From an uncultured virus (IMG/VR IMGVR_UViG_3300048832_000103) (Duplodnaviria > Heunggongvirae > Uroviricota > Caudoviricetes), in the IMG/VR virus record IMGVR_UViG_3300048832_000103: a stretch of DNA of 64,000 nucleotides; one strand, given 5' to 3'. Position 1 is the stretch's first letter; each line of letters starts with the position of its first letter. Made by a program: the position numbers and the translations under genes. The notes under the pieces were generated by a model. It was not told the origin of the DNA and searched no databases. It saw only the letters and a list, made by a program, of their open reading frames with translations. This document shows positions 7,327-15,464 of the stretch, in pieces.

Positions 7327-9837
7327 TTATTTAGGGACGCGGAGATCAAGATGGTTGGGGCCTAGCTTGCCCTCGACCTCGAAGGCCATGTGATACGTCT
7401 TGCCGGTGATAGGCGAGGTCAGCTTCTTCGAGCAGCGCATCGAGCTCATGAGATCCTCGAGGGCCTGCTCGGCGTAGTCGACACTGACCTCGGCGCGAAG
7501 ATCGTCATGAAGCTGCATAATTGGCCATACTCTCGTGTGGTAGTCACCTTTCTCTTCCAATAATTGCATCCATCTGATTGTAGCAGTGTCTACAATGTCT
7601 GCCGCGCCGCCCTGAACCGGGTGGTTCGTGGCCTCGGTATCAGGCACACCCCCCAGGGGCCAGCGCCTTCGCCGGCCAAGCCAGGGCGTTCGGAGCTCAA
7701 AGGTCCGGTTTGCGATTTCAGTGACGTAGGCAGAATACTCATTGACATTTTGGTATTTTGCTCTCTTACGGGCCTGCATGACCTGGACCTCTTTGAAAGT
7801 GATCCCAGGAACATCCTCGCGCACGTTCTCATACAAAGTCTGTGGTCCAGCTCGATAGATGTCACCGAAGGTCACAGGCTTGGAGTTCGTCCGCAAGAGC
7901 TTGCGTTGATCGGTGCTCGCTCTATGCCAGGTCTCACCGAAATAAACCTCAGCAAACATAGAGTGTACGTCAGTCCCATTGATGAAGGCCTCGATGAGAT
8001 CCTCTTGGCCGGCGAGCAGCACCGATATGCGAAGCTCGAGCGCTGCGTAGTCCGCTGAGATGATGCAGCGCCCTGGTGCTGGCACGAGCATACGTCGCAT
8101 GGACCTCGGCCAGTTCTGCACAGCGGGCTTTGTGCCGAAGCGTCCTGAAGGCGTCGCGGTCTTGTTCCAGCGCGTGTGAATGCGCCCGTCCGAGCCGACC
8201 TCTTGACCCAAACCGTCGATGTAGGTCGAGAACAATTTCGTTTTGGTTCGATAGGCCTGCAAGAGCTCGACGAACGGATGATCTCTGAACTCAAAAAGGC
8301 TGGCAGCATCGGTCGAAAGCTGGCCACTTTTCGTGACCTTTTTGGGTACTAAATTGAACTGCTCAACGAGCACCTTCTGAAGTTGTGGGGGACTGTTCGG
8401 ATTGAAGTCGCGACTCCCCACGAGAGACCATATATTCTCTTTCAGGCATGCGATGCTCTCGCTGAATTCCTTATGCAGCACAAGGCGCGCATCCTCGTCG
8501 ACTCCGAGTCCGACCTTCTCCCAGTCCATAGCGTAGCGCGTGATAATCCGATCTGTCTCGTACACATTCAGAACGTTCTCACGACGCATCTCTTGCCGCA
8601 ATTTGTCATGCAGAAGGATCGTGTTCGCGGTGTCCGCTCCGTTGTAGTAGAGCAGCGCGGGGATGTCCTCGTCGCTCACGTTGATGAACCGCTTATCGTA
8701 GTATTCCTTCCAGGGCTCGACCGGGAAAAATTGAGTCGCCACAGCTTGCAAGTCGTGAGGTGTTTTTGGGTAGATCGCGTGGTGCTCGAGGAACGTGTCT
8801 TCGATCTTCCCAGCAATCTGGATTTCCATCATTCGCTCGATGATCGGGACGTCGAAAGCCATGTTGTGGAACACCCACGTTCGCTCAGGATCTTGGAAGG
8901 CGATCTTGAGTGCATTCCAAGAGGCTTGCCAATCTTCCGTGGTGAAGTAAGAGCGCAACCCTGGGCATGGAATGGACACCGCGAGGGGCTTCTCTTCGCC
9001 TGTCTCGTCATCATAGATGAGACGCGCCAAACCTACTGTCGTGATCCCGCATTCGCGCACGTCCAGTCCATCTGTCTCGAGGTCCACGGCTACGGGTTCT
9101 GAAGGTAACTCAAGCACTCGTTGAACAGCTTCAAGGGTGAAGGCCTCGACCACGGGCTGGCGCAACGCAAGCTTCTCGTTGGCCAAGAGGTGCGCCTTCT
9201 CGACGTCGGCAACGAACAGATCCAACCACACTTGCTTCGCGGGTGAGCGCAGCATAGCCGCTGGATGGATAGTCGACACGACGAGCGTTCCCCACGTCTC
9301 TTCGGCGGTGGCCTCGGTCTGTGCTGGCGGCTCCACTATCTTTGGGTCAAAGTCAACAGGAAACTGTGCAGTCTCGGACGTCAAGACCTCGAGGGGATAC
9401 TTGATACTAAAGTCTTGCCAAGTAGTAGCTCCTCGGAACTTCTCAACGCCTTTGAGGCCCGTCGTCGACTGCAATGCAATACCACCCAAAGTCAAGATCG
9501 CCCGCGGCTTCACTTCGACAATGTTGGCCTCGAGCTCCCCCTGACAACACTCTCGAGCAACCTTCATTGCGGCATCCGATGGTTTAGTCCCGCCGCTGAA
9601 GTTGCATCGAATCGCATTCGTGATATGGGTCGCCTCAATTGACGTGTGCAGATGGTCTAAAACCGTCTTCAAGATGTGTCCCGAGGCCCCCACAAAGGGA
9701 ACTCCCCGCTTGACCTCTTCGCGGCCCGGGCTCTCCCCGATGACCAGCAAGTTGTTCCACGCGACGAGGGGGTGCTTGTCCATGACTTCCAATCCATTCT
9801 CGAAGAATGGGCATGTAGTCTGATTACATGGTTTCAT
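7327..9837 (-). CDS. polA: Family A DNA polymerase with N-terminal UDG family-4-like domain (SPO1-like architecture) and 3'-5' exonuclease
   Basis: GESPG.EE...G.PFVG.SG, TNAIRC and HPA (UDG4); DLETDGL and FHNMAFD (exonuclease); DYAALELR, K..TFG.IY and HDD (polymerase motifs A, B, C). Confidence 0.95.
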   Translation of the reverse strand: MKPCNQTTCPFFENGLEVMDKHPLVAWNNLLVIGESPGREEVKRGVPFVGASGHILKTVLDHLHTSIEATHITNAIRCNFSGGTKPSDAAMKVARECCQGELEANIVEVKPRAILTLGGIALQSTTGLKGVEKFRGATTWQDFSIKYPLEVLTSETAQFPVDFDPKIVEPPAQTEATAEETWGTLVVSTIHPAAMLRSPAKQVWLDLFVADVEKAHLLANEKLALRQPVVEAFTLEAVQRVLELPSEPVAVDLETDGLDVRECGITTVGLARLIYDDETGEEKPLAVSIPCPGLRSYFTTEDWQASWNALKIAFQDPERTWVFHNMAFDVPIIERMMEIQIAGKIEDTFLEHHAIYPKTPHDLQAVATQFFPVEPWKEYYDKRFINVSDEDIPALLYYNGADTANTILLHDKLRQEMRRENVLNVYETDRIITRYAMDWEKVGLGVDEDARLVLHKEFSESIACLKENIWSLVGSRDFNPNSPPQLQKVLVEQFNLVPKKVTKSGQLSTDAASLFEFRDHPFVELLQAYRTKTKLFSTYIDGLGQEVGSDGRIHTRWNKTATPSGRFGTKPAVQNWPRSMRRMLVPAPGRCIISADYAALELRISVLLAGQEDLIEAFINGTDVHSMFAEVYFGETWHRASTDQRKLLRTNSKPVTFGDIYRAGPQTLYENVREDVPGITFKEVQVMQARKRAKYQNVNEYSAYVTEIANRTFELRTPWLGRRRRWPLGGVPDTEATNHPVQGGAADIVDTATIRWMQLLEEKGDYHTRVWPIMQLHDDLRAEVSVDYAEQALEDLMSSMRCSKKLTSPITGKTYHMAFEVEGKLGPNHLDLRVPK

Positions 9838-9882
9838 TGTTCTTCTCCCTTGGGGGGCGAGTGACTAGAAATTGTCTAAAAC

Positions 9883-9980
9883 TGGGTGGCACGAGCAGGA
9901 TTCGAACCTTCCACGACGGCACTACAGCCAAGGAGAAGAGAGACAACCGGCTTGTCCCGTCGCATCACCAGATCGTGCCA
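9883..9980 (-). ncRNA. tRNA-like RNA resembling the tmRNA tRNA-like domain without a coding region
   Basis: Minus strand: TGGCACGA/TCGTGCCA acceptor stem plus C-CCA, T arm GAAGG-TTCGAAT-CCTGC, stemless D region TCTGGTGATG and helix CGACGG/CCGTCG; no canonical anticodon arm. Confidence 0.6.
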
Positions 9981-9983
9981 GAA

Positions 9984-10178
9984 GGAGCCTTGAACCGTTG
10001 CAGGTTAGTTGGGCAACTGGCGCATCTTGTGGAAGAGATACAGCCTGCAACGACAAGGGCTCCATAAAGCGCCAGTGGCCAATTTAATGTCCAGCGAACT
10101 GGCAACCTGGACAACGGAAGGATTAAGGGCACGGTCCTTCCATGGCTCAAGCAAGGCGTGACTCTAAGCTTGAGCCAT
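9984..10178 (-). ncRNA. Structured intergenic RNA (three hairpins plus a large pseudoknot)
   Basis: Inverted repeats 10142-10152/10168-10178, 10116-10123/10134-10141, 10088-10094/10107-10113 and 9984-10063; loop 10009-10023 is complementary to 10069-10082. Confidence 0.5.
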
Positions 10179-10186
10179 TCTCGCCG

Positions 10187-10747
10187 CTAACGCCCTCGCC
10201 GCATAACTGTGGGCGCTGGAGCCGGTCTTGGTTGTGGAGCCGTCGTGGGCTGTGCCACGGCAGGCGCCGCCGCTACAGGAGCCGCTACGGCTGCTACCGG
10301 GGGCTCTTCCGCAGGAGCGTGCGAAATGGGAATGATGTTCGAAAGGCTTACCTTCGGATTGCCATCCGCACCAGTCTTGATCTTCACGTCCGCTGAGAAG
10401 GTCGTGTCGATGAGATTTTGCGTGTCCGCGTCCTCGCCGGCCTCGAGCAGATCATACCGACCCCATGCCTTGAGATAGCCGACCGTCTGCTCGATAGGCC
10501 TGCCCCACTTGCCAAGCTTGTCGCTCAGGCCGAGGTACTGACTGTGAACCTTGGTCCCTGGGTCATCGCCGCTGATTTGGACGCACTTCGCAGTGACGTA
10601 GCGCTCGCCGGCATGCTCCCCTTGAGAGTTTACGCCCTCGGTGATACCGGTAATCTGGAATTCCTGCCGGCCTGGGTCTGGTGGAATCCAGCCAGCTCCC
10701 GGAACCTTACCCTCAAACTCGTCCATCTTGATACCAAAAACGCCCAT
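10187..10747 (-). CDS. Probable phage ssDNA-binding protein (DUF669-like)
   Basis: Beta-rich OB-like pattern with a Pro/Ala tail; located downstream of the Sak4-like ATPase and nuclease. Confidence 0.6.
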   Translation of the reverse strand: MGVFGIKMDEFEGKVPGAGWIPPDPGRQEFQITGITEGVNSQGEHAGERYVTAKCVQISGDDPGTKVHSQYLGLSDKLGKWGRPIEQTVGYLKAWGRYDLLEAGEDADTQNLIDTTFSADVKIKTGADGNPKVSLSNIIPISHAPAEEPPVAAVAAPVAAAPAVAQPTTAPQPRPAPAPTVMRRGR

Positions 10748-10833
10748 TGTGTGTCTCTCCTTGTCAGTGATTGGTTTAGGTTTGATCCTTCTGGCATACC
10801 CAGTATCAGGGTGTCAACCAAAAAATACACCCG

Positions 10834-11436
10834 TTAGGATTTTCGAAGACTGTTCAGAATACTAAAAGTTATCCTTGCTGTAGCGCGAGCATCCTCTAAG
10901 GCATCATGAGCATGTAACAGTTCAATTTTCATATTTTTTGCCGTTGTTTCCAGCTTGTAATCTAATGGCTCTATGTTACGTATTGCAAAGTATAACATTG
11001 CAAATTGCATCGCGTCCCATACACGCATGTCCATTGGCAAGAAAATATTATAAAACCTGCAAACGTTCAGAATGAACGGATGATCGAACTTAGCCGCGTT
11101 GTAGCCACAACCTTGCGCGACGTAGTAACCTTTACCACTCTTGGCTATGCGCTTCTGATCGGTGAACCGTCCAACCCAACCAGCAAACCTATTCAGGGCT
11201 AAGCCTCTGTTAACGCCTTCCAAGCCCCATATTTCTGGGTCATAACAATTAGTAAATCCAGACTCTTTCATGCTATTTAGAGAAGCTACTCCCTTTTCAG
11301 TAGGTAAAAGCTTCACCTCGAAGGAAGAAATCTCCCTTCCTGTCAAACTATCCATACAAATAGCACCTATTTGTATGATTTCATCTTTGGAAATGTCTAC
11401 ACCCGTCGTTTCAAGGTCAAAAATTACTACGTTCAT
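10834..11436 (-). CDS. DEDDh 3'-5' exonuclease (DnaQ-like)
   Basis: IFDLETTG, GYN..KFD and HDALED motifs. Confidence 0.92.
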   Translation of the reverse strand: MNVVIFDLETTGVDISKDEIIQIGAICMDSLTGREISSFEVKLLPTEKGVASLNSMKESGFTNCYDPEIWGLEGVNRGLALNRFAGWVGRFTDQKRIAKSGKGYYVAQGCGYNAAKFDHPFILNVCRFYNIFLPMDMRVWDAMQFAMLYFAIRNIEPLDYKLETTAKNMKIELLHAHDALEDARATARITFSILNSLRKS

Positions 11437-11444
11437 TTCTACAC

Positions 11445-11861
11445 CTAGTCTATCAGTTGTGCTGTTTTTATTCCGACCTGATTTAACATTTCAATAGAAT
11501 CTACCATCCTATATAAATCTTTATAGAACAGTTTCTTAACACCACCCATATTTATAATTCTTTTTGCGCACATAACACACTGATTCACAGTTACAAACAC
11601 AGCCTTTGGAATATCTCTATGACAAGTACAGTTTATTATTGCATTCTCTTCAGAATGCAAACATCCACAATTTCCTGCCTCATGTCTGTCACAATCATGC
11701 TGCATACCGGAAGCGTTACCATTGTAACCTATAGCATACACATAGCGATAATCTAATGATGTTATAACAGTTCCTACTTGCAGACGCTGGCAAGTAGACC
11801 GTTGTGATAATGAAATAGCTAAATCCATATAAATCTTTTCAAATGAAGGTCTTATACGCAT
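11445..11861 (-). CDS. dCMP deaminase (ComEB-like)
   Basis: RSTC.RLQVG, GYNG, HSEENAI and C..CAK.IIN.G motifs. Confidence 0.92.
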   Translation of the reverse strand: MRIRPSFEKIYMDLAISLSQRSTCQRLQVGTVITSLDYRYVYAIGYNGNASGMQHDCDRHEAGNCGCLHSEENAIINCTCHRDIPKAVFVTVNQCVMCAKRIINMGGVKKLFYKDLYRMVDSIEMLNQVGIKTAQLID

Positions 11862-12583
11862 TACCTACCCTCAATTTTGGCGCATGATTCGAGGCCCAGT
11901 ATTTCCGCAAAGTCATCGTAATGGGGCGAAGGCCCTATGCGAGCGAATCCGGCGTTGTTTGCGTGGGCTCGAGCGAGGCGCATACGAGCTGGCCACGTGC
12001 CAAATTTGCGGCCGTGAACGTACCACTCGAGGCCCTTGCTGCCCATGTCCTTGACGTCACTATACAATAACAGGTCTGCATTCCCTGGAAAGAAATTCTT
12101 GGAGTCGCCCTTAAGCGTGAAGGTGCGCTCCTTGTCTGAATGGCAAATCCAGATCGAATGAATAGGCCATTTTTTGATGGTTGTCATGAGATGCACAAAG
12201 AAGCTCGTAAACTTGCCCCAGTGTTCCCACTCGAGCTTGTTGACTTTGAATTCCTTCTTTATCTCATCCTCGAATAGAAGCTGTGTCGTCGTGAGATTGT
12301 CCAGCACGATCGTCTTGCAAGCTACCTCGCCACTCTCAATGGCTTTGCCGAGGGCTTCGAGCTGGACCTTCAAGTCGTCCATGCTTCTGAAGAAGACCAC
12401 TGGAAGATTGAACTCGGCCAAGGTGCGCATCTCTCCCCGGGCGATGGTAGGCACCAGGAACACTGGGTGCGGCCAAGTTCCGGCGAAGTGCGTCTTGCCG
12501 GCGCCGTTCTCACCGTACAGCAGAACGTTGTACGTTGCATCGGACAGCAGATCCGACGTGCTGGACAATCGCAAATTACCCAT
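11861..12583 (-). CDS. AAA_24 / Sak4-like P-loop ATPase (recombinase)
   Basis: LLYGENGAGKT (Walker A), TIVLDNLT (Walker B) and ICH. Confidence 0.85.
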   Translation of the reverse strand: MGNLRLSSTSDLLSDATYNVLLYGENGAGKTHFAGTWPHPVFLVPTIARGEMRTLAEFNLPVVFFRSMDDLKVQLEALGKAIESGEVACKTIVLDNLTTTQLLFEDEIKKEFKVNKLEWEHWGKFTSFFVHLMTTIKKWPIHSIWICHSDKERTFTLKGDSKNFFPGNADLLLYSDVKDMGSKGLEWYVHGRKFGTWPARMRLARAHANNAGFARIGPSPHYDDFAEILGLESCAKIEGR

Positions 12584-13479
12584 TAGAACTCACTCCGATC
12601 CTTCTTCCGCAAGCCGTCCATCGAGTCTCTCAAGCACATGCCCATGTACTCACACGTCCGGTTCCACATGACGCAATTGTGCATGCGCTGGGGCCATTTC
12701 CCGAAATGGGAGCACTCTTCCAGTTCCCAGGAAATTTTCTTCATGGATTTTTCCCAGGCTTTGAGCATCTCATCGGGAATCACTACCTCTTCTTGATAAA
12801 TCATGACCTCGCGTTCATGCTTTACGATCTGGTCAACCATGAAGGAACGCAAGTCACCTAGATCACACTTTTTCCAGAGCCAAACCTGCCCCAGAAATTG
12901 GGGGTTCAACTTGTAGCTGTCGAGCAGTACGGTAGACCTTCTCGCCGCGGTCTTGTGCTCGCAAATTGTCGCCTGACCCTTTACTTGAATGACCGCATCG
13001 AGACGCGCCGAGTAGTGGAAGGGCTTCTTCACTTCGAGGGCGAGCTCGACGTGCAAAATGTCTGACTCCGTTATCTTGAGCACGCCCCCTGGACCCCAGA
13101 AGCGCGCCCATGCCGATAGCAGTCGACGCGCCTCGTTGGCAGTCACAGGCGCCACGGTAGAAGCCAGGTCGATGACATACCAAAGCGAAGCCCAGAAGGC
13201 TTCATCGCCATCCTGCCACGCAAGCAGAGCTTGGGCAATGGCTTCGTGCACCAGTCCGCCGAGCTCAAGCGCAGGGGAGAGCTCGACCGTGGTCAATCGC
13301 TTCACGAACTGGTAGAAATACCGCTTCGGGCAGCGAACGAACTCGGCCCACTTGGAGTTTCCCATGGGCGAAGGCCCACCGGCCAAATCTTCTTTTCGAA
13401 AAGCAGTTTGCCAGCTCGGCTCTTGCGCGAGCAGTCCGCCCTTGACGTCCACGTTTGAAAAGTCGACTCCAAATTTCAT
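12583..13479 (-). CDS. PD-(D/E)XK nuclease (Cas4/RecB-like phage exonuclease)
   Basis: CPKRYFY..., G.LVH, RLD...EHKT, Q..G..W and C-terminal C.....C.Y...C. Confidence 0.85.
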   Translation of the reverse strand: MKFGVDFSNVDVKGGLLAQEPSWQTAFRKEDLAGGPSPMGNSKWAEFVRCPKRYFYQFVKRLTTVELSPALELGGLVHEAIAQALLAWQDGDEAFWASLWYVIDLASTVAPVTANEARRLLSAWARFWGPGGVLKITESDILHVELALEVKKPFHYSARLDAVIQVKGQATICEHKTAARRSTVLLDSYKLNPQFLGQVWLWKKCDLGDLRSFMVDQIVKHEREVMIYQEEVVIPDEMLKAWEKSMKKISWELEECSHFGKWPQRMHNCVMWNRTCEYMGMCLRDSMDGLRKKDRSEF

Positions 13480-13480
13480 G

Positions 13481-13864
13481 CTATGCTCTTGGTCCGTTTC
13501 CTGCCGGAACGCTTACTATTAGTGGCTTGTCTTTCTTCTTCTCATGCACATCTATCCACGCGGCCTCAATGCCCATGCGAAGAGTCGTGGCCACGAGGTC
13601 ACTGATTGCCTGCAATTGGACCTGAAGCTCTTCTCGCGTTTGAACGGTTTGCACAACGGCCGCAGCGGCAAAGCGCGCCGAGGCGTAGCCCAACGCAACC
13701 AAACCATGCAACGTGGGCATCTCGCCGCCGAAGGCCTTAATCAGTTCGTTTACTGTATTCATAGAAAACTGATTTAGCCCTATGGCCGAAGGAACACCAT
13801 TCTCGGGTGTTTTTTCCATTAGGGCTCGGGTAGCTTCAGCTACTACTTGTTTTGTGCTCTTCAC
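13481..13864 (-). CDS. Hypothetical protein
   Basis: ORF within the operon; GTG start coupled to the upstream stop. Confidence 0.55.
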   Translation of the reverse strand: MKSTKQVVAEATRALMEKTPENGVPSAIGLNQFSMNTVNELIKAFGGEMPTLHGLVALGYASARFAAAAVVQTVQTREELQVQLQAISDLVATTLRMGIEAAWIDVHEKKKDKPLIVSVPAGNGPRA

Positions 13865-14235
13865 TGCATTTCCTTTCCGCTTCCCAGTGCGATGTAGATA
13901 AACCGGCCGATTTTCCTTCGACACTCTTTACAACAATCTGACAAATCAGCTAGTGACCGTCCAATGTTTACCGTGGTCGATCCATACCATCGGGCGAAAG
14001 CGATGCACTCCGCTGCGCTCAGGGGGCTATTGAGCTTTCCGCCTCTTGCCATGATCTCGTCTTCGAGTTCCTTGTGCCGTGCGTAAATACTTGAAATGTC
14101 TAATACCTGCCGTAACAAATAGCTTCTAACGTCTCTCCCCTTTCGGAGATTTGCGACGAGTCGATGGACTTCGCAATGCTCTCGACACAAATGTTTAAAG
14201 CACATGATTCGAGGATCGACCATCCACATACGCAT
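13861..14235 (-). CDS. Pyrimidine-dimer DNA glycosylase (DenV/endonuclease V-like)
   Basis: MRMWMVDP..MC.KHL..EH.E.H and RH.EL..E...RG....SPL motifs. Confidence 0.8.
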   Translation of the reverse strand: MRMWMVDPRIMCFKHLCREHCEVHRLVANLRKGRDVRSYLLRQVLDISSIYARHKELEDEIMARGGKLNSPLSAAECIAFARWYGSTTVNIGRSLADLSDCCKECRRKIGRFIYIALGSGKEMQ

Positions 14236-14520
14236 TTAGGCATCCTCTTTTCCTTCGACTAGAGGCGTTCCAGGTGCTTTACCGGTCAATGCAACAAATC
14301 TTACATACTTGTCAAGCTCTGCTTGCTTCGCGTTGAATGCAACCGCAATAAAGCCCATATTGAATACTACAGCGGTTAAGAAAGATACTACTGGCCAACC
14401 AAACGTGCCGAGGCTGTATACGGTATAGAAAGCAAGACCACCTAAGATAGCTTCCATTATCAGAAAAGCTAGGAATTTCTTGCTCTTATGCCAAACCTTC
14501 TCGATCACATTTTGGGCCAT
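14236..14520 (-). CDS. Two-TM membrane protein (possible holin)
   Basis: KSKKF followed by two hydrophobic helices and a charged C-terminus. Confidence 0.5.
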   Translation of the reverse strand: MAQNVIEKVWHKSKKFLAFLIMEAILGGLAFYTVYSLGTFGWPVVSFLTAVVFNMGFIAVAFNAKQAELDKYVRFVALTGKAPGTPLVEGKEDA

Positions 14521-14529
14521 AGGTCTCTC

Positions 14530-15141
14530 CTATTTCACTCTTAGGTGTACTCTGTCTCCGACCAGTCGAGCAAACTGTATATCGGAATCTCCAGCCTTCA
14601 AGGCAGCTAAGAGATCCTTTTTGTTCACTGAAACATCAATACGTAAGAAACGTGGTAAGTTTTTAAGGTCTAGCATTACATGCTCCTTCTCGGGATCTGT
14701 CACACCCACAACAATGTAAGACCCTTCTTGCAAGTAATGCTCAATGAACTTTTCCTCATTTTCCACAACGGCGCTTGGCGGATTCTGCTGAACTGAAGCC
14801 ATGAAGTTCAACGTCTTAAGCTTGTCCACTTTGGCTGTGGTCATTGCCCATAGGACGTAGTCTTCTAAGCGAGCTGCTTGATTTTTCAGCACCTTCGCCC
14901 GGTCCGCAAAGGTCTTCGCTCGTTCGGCCCAGACCCCTGCCTGCGCCTCGGCTTCTCGAGCGACCCAGAGACATCGGTCGACCTTGTCTGTGAGCTGGTC
15001 TTCGCACGCGGTGAGCTCTTCTTCGAGCTCGGGTGTGACCTCGCCTTCGAGGTCATCAATCGAGTGAATCACCTTCCGAAACTGTTCGATGATTTCAGAA
15101 AGTGTTTGCTTGCGAGGTTCTAATTTTTGTGCTTCTTCCAT
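14530..15141 (-). CDS. Siphovirus Gp157-family protein
   Basis: Coiled coil, L..Y....M......K...F..S...NPPS..V, K..L..ALKAG and C-terminal HLRVK. Confidence 0.8.
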   Translation of the reverse strand: MEEAQKLEPRKQTLSEIIEQFRKVIHSIDDLEGEVTPELEEELTACEDQLTDKVDRCLWVAREAEAQAGVWAERAKTFADRAKVLKNQAARLEDYVLWAMTTAKVDKLKTLNFMASVQQNPPSAVVENEEKFIEHYLQEGSYIVVGVTDPEKEHVMLDLKNLPRFLRIDVSVNKKDLLAALKAGDSDIQFARLVGDRVHLRVK

Positions 15142-15464
15142 TATTTACTCTCCGCTAGATGCAATTCTACCAGTTCACTAACAGTTACCTCACGCAACGT
15201 TAGCTTATCCCCTGATATATCGTCAGGAACAATCTTATGTACTCCAAACTCTACATCGTTCGCATAAGGAAAATTAACTAACAAATCCATTCCAGCAAAC
15301 ATGACCGACTTATGATCTTCTTCGAAGAAGAATTTTGAATCGTCTTCCTCAATGATGTGTCTAAGTGCCGACTCGGCCCCAATGATGTCCGCAGAATCGT
15401 CTACTAGGACATTGAACATTCTACGGTACGTCTTCCGTACCAAGATTTTAGCAATTTTCATCAT
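15141..15464 (-). CDS. Hypothetical protein
   Basis: Coupled ORF within the operon. Confidence 0.55.
   Translation of the reverse strand: MMKIAKILVRKTYRRMFNVLVDDSADIIGAESALRHIIEEDDSKFFFEEDHKSVMFAGMDLLVNFPYANDVEFGVHKIVPDDISGDKLTLREVTVSELVELHLAESK

Noticed and set aside
9883..9980. Canonical tRNA, full tmRNA or attP site
   Set aside because: There is no D stem or anticodon loop and no tag ORF; both acceptor strands are present and the site is ~41 kb from the integrase. It is kept only as tRNA-like
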